Assembly (NCBI GenBank): GCA_963717505.1 | Contig: OY970342.1 | Location: forward strand, 32,001-96,000 | Origin: Candidatus Eiseniibacteriota bacterium | GTDB taxonomy: Bacteria; Eisenbacteria; RBG-16-71-46 | Direction of reading: 5' to 3' | Length of the DNA: 64,000 bases | Part shown: in pieces, positions 1 through 10,288 of the stretch | Numbering within the stretch: position 1 is the first letter of the stretch | How the letters are laid out: each line of letters begins with the position of its first letter | Program-made: the position numbers and the translations under genes | The notes under the pieces: model-generated | Database searches by the model: none | What the model saw: only the letters and a program-made list of their open reading frames with translations | What the model was told of the DNA's origin: nothing

Positions 1-405
1 TCGAGTGGTCGGCGTTGCCGGCGAGTAGTTGGGGCGCCCCACCTCGCGAGGCAGCAGGCTGGCGAAGTCGGCGCGCGCGGCCGGTGTCGCGTGGGCGCTG
101 ATCCAGACGCGTGCGGTGTCCTGGTCCCCGGCCCGCGTCAGCCATGCGACATTCCTCCCGTCGGGCGCCACGCAGAAGCGGACGACGCGGTCGAGCCCGC
201 GTGGCGTCCACAGGGTCTCGCGCCCCGCCAAGTGGAACGGTGCGCGAAGCAGGACATCGGCGGTGGTCAGGAACACGGTCGAGTCGGCTTCGTCGCGAAA
301 CGCTTCGGACCAGGGAATCGGAGCCGCGACCGCAGGGGCCGCGGCGCTCACGGCAGTCGCTGCGAGCCCAAGGACCACGGCCCGCAACGACAGCGATCTA
401 CTCAT
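1..405 (-). CDS. Secreted hypothetical protein, possibly TolB-like beta-propeller (runs off window edge)
   Basis: Not in the ORF track; read manually. ATG at 405 overlaps the alaX stop (ATGA). N-terminus MSRSLSLRAVVLGLAATAVSAAAPAVAA is a signal peptide; 'VAPDGRNVAW' resembles a PD40/WD40 blade. Confidence 0.65.
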   Translation of the reverse strand, partial: MSRSLSLRAVVLGLAATAVSAAAPAVAAPIPWSEAFRDEADSTVFLTTADVLLRAPFHLAGRETLWTPRGLDRVVRFCVAPDGRNVAWLTRAGDQDTARVWISAHATPAARADFASLLPREVGRPNYSPATPTTR

Positions 406-1616
406 CTGCCGGACGCTTCCGCGGCCTCGAGTCTTGCCGACAACCACTCGAAACCGCGAGTGGTTCTTTCAGCGTCGGCGGGCGCGATCTGGACCAGGTC
501 TGGGCTGCCACCGCCCTTGCCGCCGGTCTCGGCCAACAACTCCGGAACCATCGCGCGCAGGTCCGGGCCTCCCGACTTGGCGCGGCCCGCGACCAGAACC
601 GGCGCCGGTCCCGATGCGCCCGCAACCACCCACGGGGCGCCGGCTTCGAGACACTTGAGGGCGAAGGTGCGCGCGGCCTCGCGGGTCCAATGCTCGCGCA
701 GCTCGGCGACCCGCCTTGGAGGCGAGCCAACGCGAGCCGTGGCTTCCATGGCCGCGAGCCGCTCGTTCAGCTCACGAACTTGTTTCTGGAGTGCGTCGCG
801 CTCGTCGGCGGCGCGCTCGAGGTGAACGATCAGATCCCGATCGGCAAGCGTGCGACGCTTCGCGGATTCGAGCAGCGACTCGGTGCGCCAGGCATAGTCC
901 GCCAGCGCGCGGCCCCCACAAAGAAATTCGAAGCGCAGGTTCGACCGCACGCGCTCCCATCGAACGATCTTGATCACGCCCACCTCGCCGGTGCGCAGGG
1001 TATGGGTGCCGCCGCACGCCGACACATCCCATTCCGGGATCTCGACGATGCGAATCCGCCCGGTCTGCTTGGGCGGCTTCCGGAGGGCGAAACGCTTCAC
1101 ACCCTCGTCGTCCACCCAGTGGCGCTCGATCGGCAGATCCCGCCACACGATGTCGTTGGATGCCCGTTCGAGGCGTTCGATCACGGTCCAGTCGACCTCG
1201 GAGAGTGGGACTTCGATGGTGCTGCGCGTTTCGCCCAGACGCGACGACACGGTGGGACTGCCCAACTCCCGCTCGAAGGCCGCCGACAGGATGTGCTGCC
1301 CGGTGTGTTGCTGCATGTGATCGAAGCGCCGCGTCCAGTCGACTTCGCCCTCGACGCGCGTGATGCTGGCGGTGGCCGCCTCGCCCTCGAGCACGTGCCA
1401 CACGGTTCCGTCGTCGCCCGCCTGAACGTCGACGACCGGCCAGGTCCCGAGGCGGCCGCGATCGGCCTCCTGACCGCCGCTTTCCGGATAGAAGAACGTG
1501 GCCGCCAGCCCCACGGCGGGCCGACCCTGGTGCTGGCCCATCGTCGAGATTTCGGCTTCGAACCGGGTCGTGTAGGAATCGTCGTAGTACAGGCGTTCCG
1601 TAGGCATCGGCGTCAC
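402..1616 (-). CDS. alaX: Alanyl-tRNA editing protein (AlaX, long form with DHHA1/C-Ala domain)
   Basis: Motifs TFFYPESGGQ, HMQQHTGQH and CGGTH (Zn ligands), plus C-terminal GGKGGG. True start may be ATG 1607. Confidence 0.9.
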   Translation of the reverse strand: MTPMPTERLYYDDSYTTRFEAEISTMGQHQGRPAVGLAATFFYPESGGQEADRGRLGTWPVVDVQAGDDGTVWHVLEGEAATASITRVEGEVDWTRRFDHMQQHTGQHILSAAFERELGSPTVSSRLGETRSTIEVPLSEVDWTVIERLERASNDIVWRDLPIERHWVDDEGVKRFALRKPPKQTGRIRIVEIPEWDVSACGGTHTLRTGEVGVIKIVRWERVRSNLRFEFLCGGRALADYAWRTESLLESAKRRTLADRDLIVHLERAADERDALQKQVRELNERLAAMEATARVGSPPRRVAELREHWTREAARTFALKCLEAGAPWVVAGASGPAPVLVAGRAKSGGPDLRAMVPELLAETGGKGGGSPDLVQIAPADAERTTRGFEWLSARLEAAEASGR

Positions 1617-2734
1617 CCTCGTCGCCGGCTGATGCCGTACGCGCGCATCTTCCGCCAGAGGGTGGTGCGCGAGATGCCGAGCTGCTGGGCGGCGGCGGTC
1701 ACGTTGCCGCGATGGCGCGCCAGCACGGTCACGATGTGCTCGCGCTCGACATCCGCGAGCGACAGCGCCCGCCGGTCGGGCGCCGGAGCGTCGTCGTCCG
1801 GGGCGCGGGTCACGGACTCCGCCCGGCGCGCGGCGGGCCGCCCTTGGGGCTCGTCCGCCGGCGATGCACTCGTCGCTCCGTCGTGCGTGGGCAGCAGACG
1901 GGGCGCGCGAACCACAGTCGGCAAGTCGGCGGCTCGAAGGATCGGCGACTCGGCGACCGCGACCGCATGCTCGACCGCGTTCTCCAACTCGCGCACGTTG
2001 CCGGGGTAGTCATAGCGCTCGAGCAAGTCCATGGCCTCGGGGCTGAAGCGCAGCCCATCGCGTCCGGCCCGCCGCGCGACTCGTTCGAGGAAGTACGACG
2101 CCAGGAGTCCGATATCCTCTCGCCGGTCGCGCAGCGCAGGCAGGTCGATCTGAACGACATTCAGCCGATAGTAGAGATCCTGGCGAAAGCGCCCGGCTTC
2201 GATCTCGGCCTGAAGGTCCCGGTGGGTGGCGGCGATCACGCGCACGTCCACGAGCCGGGTGGTGGTGTCGCCGAGCCGCCGCACTTCTCCGTTCTCGAGA
2301 ACGCGCAGCAGCTTCACCTGGGCTGATAGCGGCATGTCGCCGACCTCATCGAGGAACAACGTGCCGCGGTCAGCTTCCTCGACGAGTCCCGTTCGGTCGG
2401 TTGCCGCTCCGGTGAACGCGCCGCGTGCCGCGCCGAACAATTCGCTCTCGATCAACGTGTCGGGAATCGCCCCGACGTTGACCGGAACGAACGGACCGTC
2501 GGCGCGGCGCGACTGAAGATGAAGTGCCCGCGCGACCAGCTCCTTCCCGGTACCGCTCTCACCGATGATCAGGACCGTGCTGTCGGTGGGGGCGACCTTG
2601 GACACGAGCCGGAAGATGCGCTGCATGCGCGGGCTCGCGCCGACCATGCCCTGAAGGGCCGAGCGGTTTCGGAGGCGGGTCGGGTTGCGGGGGTCCCGGG
2701 CGTTCAGGGGGTCCGGCGGGGTGGTACGAGCCAT
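1613..2734 (-). CDS. Sigma54-dependent transcriptional activator (AAA+ and Fis HTH, no sensory domain)
   Basis: Walker A GESGTGKE, ESELFG, GAFTGA, LFLDEV, RQDLYYRL and C-terminal HTH AAQQLGISRTTLWRK. Start taken at MARTTP (2734). Confidence 0.93.
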   Translation of the reverse strand: MARTTPPDPLNARDPRNPTRLRNRSALQGMVGASPRMQRIFRLVSKVAPTDSTVLIIGESGTGKELVARALHLQSRRADGPFVPVNVGAIPDTLIESELFGAARGAFTGAATDRTGLVEEADRGTLFLDEVGDMPLSAQVKLLRVLENGEVRRLGDTTTRLVDVRVIAATHRDLQAEIEAGRFRQDLYYRLNVVQIDLPALRDRREDIGLLASYFLERVARRAGRDGLRFSPEAMDLLERYDYPGNVRELENAVEHAVAVAESPILRAADLPTVVRAPRLLPTHDGATSASPADEPQGRPAARRAESVTRAPDDDAPAPDRRALSLADVEREHIVTVLARHRGNVTAAAQQLGISRTTLWRKMRAYGISRRRG

Positions 2735-2760
2735 GGACCAATAATAAGAGAAAGGCAGAA

Positions 2761-2777
2761 TGTTTCCATTTGGAACC
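2761..2777. promoter_or_regulatory. Putative NtrC/Fis-type enhancer or autoregulatory site
   Basis: Imperfect palindrome TGTTTCCATTTGGAACC in an AT-rich patch just upstream of the activator start. Confidence 0.35.
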
Positions 2778-2869
2778 CGGGGCGCGTAGGTGGCTGGGGG
2801 AACGAAAGTTCCGGGGCGCAAAAGACGCGGGCCCCAAAAACCTCAACCAAAAGACGCGAAAGGGACGAC

Positions 2870-3670
2870 CTAGGAAGCCGCGGTCTGAACCTCGGTCTCG
2901 GGTCTGGCGTCGGCGTATGCGGGTCCCACCTCGGTTCCCGGATCGAGCCCTTCGGCTTCGACCAGGCGCAGGTAGAAGAACGTCCACGCGTAAGCGATCA
3001 CCGGCAGCAGTGCCGCGATCAGCAGCTCAGTGGCGAGCGACCAGACTTTGAACCCGGGCCCCGGGACTGCGAGTGACAATGCCGCCCCGACCAGGGCGCA
3101 GCCGAGAACGAGCACCACCGAGACGAAGATCATCTCCAGCCAGCGTTCGAATCGTCCCTGCGTCAAACGGAAGGAGCGTTGAAACGCATTGGCCATCTGC
3201 GGCTCGTCGAGCACCACGGCTTCGGTAGCCACGGCGAGGCGGAATCCGAGAAAGAACCCGGGAAGGATCAGAAAGAGAAACCCGAAGACCAGAGCCAGGT
3301 TGCGCGCGATTTCCGTGATCAACAGCCACGGGACGCGCTTGAGCCCGCGGGCGTAGGACAGGGTCACGTCCTCGGGCGGAGTTCCGGGCAGAGAGTTGAA
3401 CACCGATCGCGCGCGAAATCGGAGCATGGCGCCGACCACCAGCCAGACGATGATGCTGCCGAGCTGGGCGACGGCCCAGGTTCCGGCGACCTCGGTCGAC
3501 CGTTCGGACTCGCGCCACTCCGGCAGCGCCGCGACCGCCAAGAGCCAGGGCGCCTGGACGATCAGGGGCACGACCAGCGAGTGCACCGGGTCGCGGCGCA
3601 CGGCCAGGTCGAACGCCAGCGCGAATGCGTGGCGCGTCGAAACGGGTAATTGGAATCGGTATGGGGGCAT
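2870..3670 (-). CDS. Hypothetical membrane protein (GDPD membrane-anchor-like)
   Basis: About 6 TM helices; 'FLILPGFFL' and 'AFQRSFRLTQG' pattern typical of this family. Confidence 0.7.
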   Translation of the reverse strand: MPPYRFQLPVSTRHAFALAFDLAVRRDPVHSLVVPLIVQAPWLLAVAALPEWRESERSTEVAGTWAVAQLGSIIVWLVVGAMLRFRARSVFNSLPGTPPEDVTLSYARGLKRVPWLLITEIARNLALVFGFLFLILPGFFLGFRLAVATEAVVLDEPQMANAFQRSFRLTQGRFERWLEMIFVSVVLVLGCALVGAALSLAVPGPGFKVWSLATELLIAALLPVIAYAWTFFYLRLVEAEGLDPGTEVGPAYADARPETEVQTAAS

Positions 3671-3729
3671 CGTCCGGTGCGGGCGGCCGCACACTAGGTT
3701 CGAGTCTCCGGACGTGTCAAGATGCGCTC

Positions 3730-4212
3730 GTGGCCCGCAAGCTCTCGCACATCGACGCGCGCGGCCGCGTCCGAATGGTGGACGTGGGCGACAAGCGTAC
3801 CACCTCGCGCTCCGCCGTGGCCCGGGGCCGCGTGTTCATGCATCGCGACACGCTCGAGCGCGTGCGGGACGACCGCGTTCCCAAGGGCAACGTCCTCGCG
3901 ACCGCTCACCTGGCCGGCATCCTGGCCGCCAAGAAGACCAGCGAGCTGATCCCTCTCGCCCACCCGATCCCGATCGAAGGGATCGAGCTTTCGTTTCAGC
4001 CCGACGCCTCGTCGGCTTCGATCGGCATCGAGGCCGTGGTGCGGACCCGAGCGCGCACCGGGGTCGAGATGGAAGCCCTCGCGGCGGTGACGATCGCGGC
4101 ACTCACGCTCTACGACATGCTCAAAGCGGTGGACCGAGGCATGGTGATCGGCGAGATCGCGCTGTGGGAAAAGCGCGGGGGCCGGAGTGGCGTCTATCGT
4201 CGTCGCCCGTGA
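3730..4212 (+). CDS. moaC: Cyclic pyranopterin monophosphate synthase MoaC
   Basis: LSHIDARGRVRMVDV, AAKKTSELIPLAH, TGVEMEAL, LYDMLKAVD. GTG start at 3730. Confidence 0.96.
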   Translation: MARKLSHIDARGRVRMVDVGDKRTTSRSAVARGRVFMHRDTLERVRDDRVPKGNVLATAHLAGILAAKKTSELIPLAHPIPIEGIELSFQPDASSASIGIEAVVRTRARTGVEMEALAAVTIAALTLYDMLKAVDRGMVIGEIALWEKRGGRSGVYRRRP

Positions 4213-5429
4213 ATCGCTGAGCTACGCCGAAGCGCGCGCGCGCGTGCTGGCTGCGGCGCGTCCGCTGCCGGCCGAACGCGTGCCGATCGAGAACGCGCGG
4301 GGTCGCGCCCTGCGCGAGACGCTTCGCGCGCCGCACGGGCTGCCGCCGTTCCGCAATTCCTCGATGGACGGCTTCGCCGTGCGCGCCGCCGATGTGACCG
4401 GCGCAACGACGCTCCCGATCGTCGACACGATCCCCGCCGGACGCCCGCCGTCCCGCGCGCTGCGGCCCGGCGAAGCGATGCGGATCATGACCGGCGCCAT
4501 GTTGCCCGAGGGCTCCGACGCCGTGGTGCCGGTCGAGGACACCTCCCTGCCGGGCGGCGATCGGGTCGAGTTCACGAAGTCGATCGCGGCCGGCGCGAAC
4601 ATCCGCGACGCCGACGTCGATCTGCCCGCGGGCGAGGTGGCACTTTCCGAGGGGCGCGAGCTGTCGGCTGCCGACCTCGGCCTGCTCGCGGCGTTGGGCG
4701 TGCCACAAGCGATGGTGGGGGCGCGCCCGCGCGTGACCATCCTCTCGACTGGAGACGAGCTGTTGAACGTCGACCAGCCGCTCAAACCCGGTGCGATCCG
4801 TGACAGCAACTCGATCCAGCTTCGCCTGCTGGTCGAGGAGGCCGGCGGGCGCATCGTTCATATGGCACGGCTCGCCGACGACGCGCGAGCCGTCCGGTCG
4901 TCGATTCTCGAGCATGCCGCGCGTTGTGACGTGCTGCTGACCATCGGCGGGGTGTCGATGGGCGAGTTCGACCCGGTGAAGCAGAGTCTCGGCGAACTGC
5001 GCGGCGTGGCGTGGTGGCGCGTCGCCATGAAGCCGGGACAACCGCAGGCCTTCGGACGACTCGGGGAGGCACTCTACTTCGGTCTGCCGGGGAACCCCGC
5101 GTCGGTGGCCTGCGTGTTCGAAGTGCTGGTGCGGCCGGCATTGCGGGCGTTGCAGGGTTTCTCGACGCTCGATCGGCCACAGCTGACCGTACGGAGCCGC
5201 GAGCGAATCGAGTCGCGCACGGGACGCACCGACTTCGTGCGCGTCGTTCTCGAATCGCGCGAGGGAACGTGGTGGGCCGCTCCCGCGGGCGCTCAAGTCT
5301 CCGGCCATCTGACGCCGCAGTCGCGCGCTCATGCGCTGATGATCGTCCCCGAATCAGCGGCCAGTCCTCGACGCGGGCGACTCGACGGACGCCATCCTGC
5401 TGCGCTGGCCCGACTCGCCAACGGCATGA
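4187..5429 (+). CDS. moeA: Molybdopterin molybdotransferase MoeA (apparent 1-base insertion near 5366)
   Basis: SSMDGFAV, IMTGAMLP, STGDEL, MKPG, LPGNP. Removing one C near 5366 gives SLDAGDSTDAILLRWPDSPTA* with an ATGA overlap to the next gene. Confidence 0.92.
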
Positions 5430-7180
5430 GGCTGCCGCGTGTCTTGATTCTGTGCGTGGCTGCAGCGTGCCTGGCGCTGACGGTGACCTTCCCGCTCACC
5501 GAGCCCGACTTCTGGCAGCACCTGGTGGTCGGCCGTGTGATCTGGGAAACGCATTCGGTGCCGCAGACGCAGATCTGGACGTGGCCCACCTGGGGGGCTC
5601 CCGACGTCAACCTCTCGTGGGGGTTTCGCGCCCTGGTCCATCCCTTCTGGGAACTCGGCGGCGTCACCGGTCTCTTCGCCTGGCGCTGGCTGACCACGCT
5701 CGGTGCATTTGCGCTGCTATGGCTCGCCGCGCGGCGGATGGGTGCGAGCGGCCTCACGGTCCCGGTGGCACTCGTGGTCTGTGGGCTTGCCTGGAGCAGC
5801 CGGTCGCAGATACGACCCGAGACCTGGGTCGCAGTGTTGATGGCGGTCGAGCTGTGGATCCTCGAGAGCCGGCGCCATGGCGGACCCGATCGCACCTGGG
5901 CGCTGCCGCTCGTGTTCTGGATCTGGATCAACAGCCACATCTCGTGGCACTTCGGCATCCTGATCCTCGCCGCCTACGGACTCGATGCGCTGCTGGCACG
6001 CGCCCGCTGGCCCTCGGATCGCGGATGGCCGCCGGTGCTCGCGCTCGCCGTCGCCGGAGTCGCGGGATTGGCGCTCGGCATGATCAATCCGTTCGGCTGG
6101 CGAGCGCTGTGGCAGCCATTCCACTTTCTGCTCCACGAACGAAGCGAGCCGATCTACGCGACGATCGGTGAGCTGGAACCCTTGCGCTGGTCGGAACACG
6201 TATGGGACGGCGTGCCGGTGATCGTGATCGTCTGGCCGTTGCTCGCGATCCTGCGCGCGCGCCGCCAGGGCTGGGATTGGGCCGAGGTCGCGATCGGGAT
6301 CGGTGCGATCACCGCGGCGCTGTCGACCGTTCGCTTCGTTGGATTCCTGGGAATCGTGGCCGCGCCGTTTCTGGCGCGCGACCTCGACTGGGCCGCTCGT
6401 TCGATCCGACTGCCGGCCGCACTCGGCTCACCATGGACGCGCGCGGCGCTGGCCGGCATCGTTTGCGTCCTGGTGGCGCTCCCGCTCTGGCGGCGGAACG
6501 GCATCGGGATCGCCGTCGACCACACGCAGATCCCGGAGCGCGCGTGTGACCGGATGGCCGAAATGGGCATTCGCGGCCGGAGTTTCAATCGCTTCCACCA
6601 CGGCGGCTATCTGTTATGGCGCTTCTACCCCGAGCGCGACCGGCTGCCGTTCATGGACATCCACCAGGCCGGCACGCCGGAACTCAGGCGGCTCTACATG
6701 TTCGCGTTCGAACGCGAGGAGTACTGGCGCGAGTTGGACCAGAAGTTCGACTTCGAGTGGATGGTTCTACCACGCCGCACGTACGAAGCGGACCGGTTGG
6801 TGGACGTGATCGACGCCGACACGTCGTGGGCGATGGTCTTCCTCGACGACGCGGCACTGGTGTTCGTCCGGCGACGCGGACCGATGGCGGCGGTCGCGGA
6901 TTCGTTCGCGTATCGAACCGCACCGGCGGGGAACGTGCGACTCCAAGCGTTGGCTCCGGTCGTGGCCGGCGACTCCACCGTGCGGGCAGCGTTTCGGGCG
7001 GACCTCGAGCGCCAAACCCGCGAGTCGCCGTTCAGCGCGCAGGCGCACGAGATGCTGGCGACCGTGGCGATGATGGACGGGCGGACCGCCGATGCGCGCA
7101 CTCATCTGGAACGCTCGCTGGCGATCGATCCGCGTGCACCCGAGGTTCGAGCCCGATTGGAAGCACTGTCGAGACAGTAG
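5426..7180 (+). CDS. Polytopic membrane protein, GT-C-like, with C-terminal TPR
   Basis: PDFWQHL..G, IRPE and WINSH motifs; more than 10 TM segments; TPR-like tail ARTHLERSLAIDP. Confidence 0.7.
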   Translation: MRLPRVLILCVAAACLALTVTFPLTEPDFWQHLVVGRVIWETHSVPQTQIWTWPTWGAPDVNLSWGFRALVHPFWELGGVTGLFAWRWLTTLGAFALLWLAARRMGASGLTVPVALVVCGLAWSSRSQIRPETWVAVLMAVELWILESRRHGGPDRTWALPLVFWIWINSHISWHFGILILAAYGLDALLARARWPSDRGWPPVLALAVAGVAGLALGMINPFGWRALWQPFHFLLHERSEPIYATIGELEPLRWSEHVWDGVPVIVIVWPLLAILRARRQGWDWAEVAIGIGAITAALSTVRFVGFLGIVAAPFLARDLDWAARSIRLPAALGSPWTRAALAGIVCVLVALPLWRRNGIGIAVDHTQIPERACDRMAEMGIRGRSFNRFHHGGYLLWRFYPERDRLPFMDIHQAGTPELRRLYMFAFEREEYWRELDQKFDFEWMVLPRRTYEADRLVDVIDADTSWAMVFLDDAALVFVRRRGPMAAVADSFAYRTAPAGNVRLQALAPVVAGDSTVRAAFRADLERQTRESPFSAQAHEMLATVAMMDGRTADARTHLERSLAIDPRAPEVRARLEALSRQ

Positions 7181-7183
7181 CGC

Positions 7184-8647
7184 CTACATCATCCCCTGGA
7201 CTGACCGTCGCGCCTGCTCGAGCAGCGCGTGCGCCTGGATCCCCCACCAGATCGTGAGGGCCGCGGAGGCCAGGAGCGCGATGGTCGACGGCAGCGCGCG
7301 CGAGACCGAAACCGGCTCGGTGCGTGGCTCCTCCATGTACATCGCGACGGTGATGCGCAGGTAGTAGAACACGGATACCACGCTGTTGAGCACGCCGATC
7401 ACCACCAGCGGAACCATGCCGGCCTCGAGTGCCACCCCGAATACGTAGACCTTGCCCATGAATCCTGCGGTCGGCGGAATGCCGCCGAGCGAAACCATGA
7501 AGAGCGCCATGGCCGCTGCCAGAGCGGGGTGGCGATACCCCAGGCCAGCAAGGTCCGAGACCAGTACGCGTTCCTCGTTCTCGCGCCCGAGCAGCGTCAG
7601 GACGCCGAAGGCGCCGAGGTTCATGACCGAGTAGACCGCCAGGTAGAAGAGTGCGGCGGCCACGCCCTTCTCGCCGCCCGCGATCAACGCGACGATCACG
7701 TAGCCGGCATGCGCGATGCTCGAGTACGCCAGCATGCGCTTGACGTTGGTCTGGAAGAGCGCCGTGACGTTGCCGACCGTCATGGTCAGCACCGCGATCC
7801 AGGTCATCAACGTGCGCCAGTCGGCGCCGGTCGGCTCGAGCACCGCCAGACCGAAGCGCGCGAACGCGGCAAAGCCGGCCGCCTTGGCGCCGGCCGACAT
7901 GAACGCAGTCACCGAAGTCGGTGCCCCCTGATAGGCGTCGGGAGTCCACATGTGGAACGGGACCGCCGCGACCTTGAAGCCGAAGCCGATCAGCGTCAGC
8001 AGCGCCCCGGCCAGCAGCAGCGGGTTGTCGATCATCGGCGAGCCGGTGACGAACTGCGTCATCGCCATGAGGTTCGTGGTCCCGGTCGCTCCGTAGAGCA
8101 GCGCGATCCCGTAGAGCAGGAATCCGCTCGCGAACGCGCCCAGCAGGAAGTATTTCATCGAGGCCTCGCTCGACTCCAGGTGGCTCCGCTGGAAGCCGAC
8201 CAGCACGTAGAGCGCGAGCGACATCAACTCGAGCCCGAGGAAGATCGTGATCAGGTCGCTCGAGGCCGCCATGATCACCATGCCGAGGATTGCCGAGAGC
8301 ATGAGCGCGTAGTACTCGCCCAGATTGATGCGGGTGCGACGGATGTAGTCCCACGACAGGAGCACCGAGATCGCGCCGATGCCGCAGAAGAGCAGCGTCA
8401 TGAACGCGGTGATGCCGTCGTGCAGGAACATGCCCTCGAACAGGGCTCGCTTGGCATTGCCGACTCGAAACACGCAGGCGGCCGAGGCGGCGAGCGTGAA
8501 GAGCGACACCCAGGCGCCGCGCCCGCTGCGGGCACCCGCCGGCAGGAACTCGAGCAGCAGCAGCAGGCAGATGCCGGCGGACAGCGCGATCACCGGGCCG
8601 AGAGCCCACCAGTCGACCGCGAGGAGCGCGGGGGTCGCCGGGCTCAT
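7184..8647 (-). CDS. nuoN: NADH-quinone oxidoreductase subunit N
   Basis: EASMKYFLLG, FKVAAVPFHMWTPDAYQGAP, KRMLAYSSIAH. Confidence 0.96.
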   Translation of the reverse strand: MSPATPALLAVDWWALGPVIALSAGICLLLLLEFLPAGARSGRGAWVSLFTLAASAACVFRVGNAKRALFEGMFLHDGITAFMTLLFCGIGAISVLLSWDYIRRTRINLGEYYALMLSAILGMVIMAASSDLITIFLGLELMSLALYVLVGFQRSHLESSEASMKYFLLGAFASGFLLYGIALLYGATGTTNLMAMTQFVTGSPMIDNPLLLAGALLTLIGFGFKVAAVPFHMWTPDAYQGAPTSVTAFMSAGAKAAGFAAFARFGLAVLEPTGADWRTLMTWIAVLTMTVGNVTALFQTNVKRMLAYSSIAHAGYVIVALIAGGEKGVAAALFYLAVYSVMNLGAFGVLTLLGRENEERVLVSDLAGLGYRHPALAAAMALFMVSLGGIPPTAGFMGKVYVFGVALEAGMVPLVVIGVLNSVVSVFYYLRITVAMYMEEPRTEPVSVSRALPSTIALLASAALTIWWGIQAHALLEQARRSVQGMM

Positions 8648-10287
8648 CGTTCGCTCCCGGTCGCGGGCGGCGTCGGCGCCGGGTGGCTGCCGGAACCCGC
8701 TTGGCCCTGAGGGACGATGCGAACCCGCACCGGAAGTCGCCGGGCGTCATGTGTGTTCAGGCCCGTGCCCCACGACGCGACGTTGCCGGTCACGGCCTCG
8801 TAGCGCTCGGCGGCGACCGCCAGGGTCCGATCGAGAGCCGGTTGCATGCGATCGAGGAACGGCTGCGGGAACACGCCGATCCAGAAGATCAGGAGCAGCA
8901 GGGGTGCAAACACCAGCCGTTCGCGGAAGGTGAGGTCCGAGAGGTTGGCGTTCTCCGCGTGCGTCACTGGACCGAACATCACGCGCTGGAACATCCACAG
9001 CATGTAGCACGCCGAAAGGATCACGCCGGTCGCGGCCATCGCCGCCCACCACACGTTCGTCTTGAACGCCCCGAGCAGCACCAGGAACTCGCCGACGAAG
9101 CCGTTGGTGCCCGGGAGACCGATCGACGACAGGGTGACGATCAGGAACACGGAGGCGAATACCGGGAGTGGTTTCCACAGACCACCGAAGTCCGCAATCA
9201 GGCGCGTGTGCCGGCGCTCGTAGATCACCCCAACCAGGAGGAACAGCGCTCCCGTCGAGATGCCGTGGTTGATCATCTGCAGCATGGCCCCCGCGAGTCC
9301 CTGCGGGTTCATCGCGTAGAGCCCGAGCATGCAGAAGCCCAAGTGGCTGACCGACGAATAGGCGACCAGCTTCTTCAGGTCCGGCTGAACCAGGGCGACC
9401 AGCGCGCCATAGACGATGCCGAAGATCGCCAGCCCGGCGATCCACGGCGCGAACTGTTCCGACGCCACGGGGAACAGCGGAATCCCGTAGCGCACGAATC
9501 CGAAGGTGCCCATCTTGAGCAGGATCGCCGCCAGGATCACCGAGCCCGCGGTCGGCGCCTCGACGTGCGCGTCGGGCAGCCAGGTGTGGAACGGGAACAT
9601 CGGCACCTTGATCGCGAATGCGACCGCGAACGCCAGGAACAGAAGCACTTGCGCCTCGGCCGGAATTTGGAGCTGGTAATAGGCGTTCAGGTCGAAAGTC
9701 GCGACCCCGGTCACCGAGCGGTTGTAGAAGTAGAGCCAGAGCAACGCCACCAGCATGAGCACGCTGCCCGCCATGGTGTAGAGGAAGAACTTGATCGCGG
9801 CGTAGATCCGGCGTGGCCCGCCCCAGATCCCGATCAGCAGGTACATCGGAATCAGCATGGCCTCCCAGAACACGTAGAACAGCAGCAGATCGAGCGCCAT
9901 GAACGTGCCGAGCATGCCGGTCTCGAGCGCCAGCAACAGGGCGTAGAACTCGCGCTCGCGCGTCTGGATCGCCGGCGACGAGGCGATCACGGCGAGCGCG
10001 GTCATGAACGTCGTGAGCAGAATGAGGAGGACGGAGACGCCGTCGACCCCCAGGTGGTAGCTGGCGCCCAGCGCCGGCAGCCAGTCGAGGCGTTCGATGA
10101 ACTGAAAATCCGGGCCGAAGGGGATGAAGCGCCACCAGAGCGGCAGCGAGAACCCGAACTCGGCCACCGCCACCGCAATCGCCCAGCGGCGGATCAGGCG
10201 GCCGGCGCTCGCCGGCATCAGAGCGATCAAGGCCGCGCCGATCAGCGGGAAGAAGATGAGCCACGTCATCCAGGGGAAGAGCGCCAC
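8644..10287 (-). CDS. nuoM: NADH-quinone oxidoreductase subunit M (extended C-tail)
   Basis: FWEAMLIPMY, KVPMFPFHTWLPDAHVEAPT, LKKLVAYSSVSH. Confidence 0.96.
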   Translation of the reverse strand: MALFPWMTWLIFFPLIGAALIALMPASAGRLIRRWAIAVAVAEFGFSLPLWWRFIPFGPDFQFIERLDWLPALGASYHLGVDGVSVLLILLTTFMTALAVIASSPAIQTREREFYALLLALETGMLGTFMALDLLLFYVFWEAMLIPMYLLIGIWGGPRRIYAAIKFFLYTMAGSVLMLVALLWLYFYNRSVTGVATFDLNAYYQLQIPAEAQVLLFLAFAVAFAIKVPMFPFHTWLPDAHVEAPTAGSVILAAILLKMGTFGFVRYGIPLFPVASEQFAPWIAGLAIFGIVYGALVALVQPDLKKLVAYSSVSHLGFCMLGLYAMNPQGLAGAMLQMINHGISTGALFLLVGVIYERRHTRLIADFGGLWKPLPVFASVFLIVTLSSIGLPGTNGFVGEFLVLLGAFKTNVWWAAMAATGVILSACYMLWMFQRVMFGPVTHAENANLSDLTFRERLVFAPLLLLIFWIGVFPQPFLDRMQPALDRTLAVAAERYEAVTGNVASWGTGLNTHDARRLPVRVRIVPQGQAGSGSHPAPTPPATGSER

Positions 10288-10288
10288 G

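Noticed and set aside
2795-2835. GGAAC-GAAA-GTTCC-GGGGCGCAAAA, resembling the c-di-GMP-I core
   Set aside because: Antisense to both flanking genes, and lacks the 5' GGCAAACC element and a P3 stem.
4187-7180. 997-aa MoeA-membrane protein fusion
   Set aside because: One extra base near 5366 explains it; the corrected frame gives a normal MoeA end with an ATGA overlap at 5426-5429.
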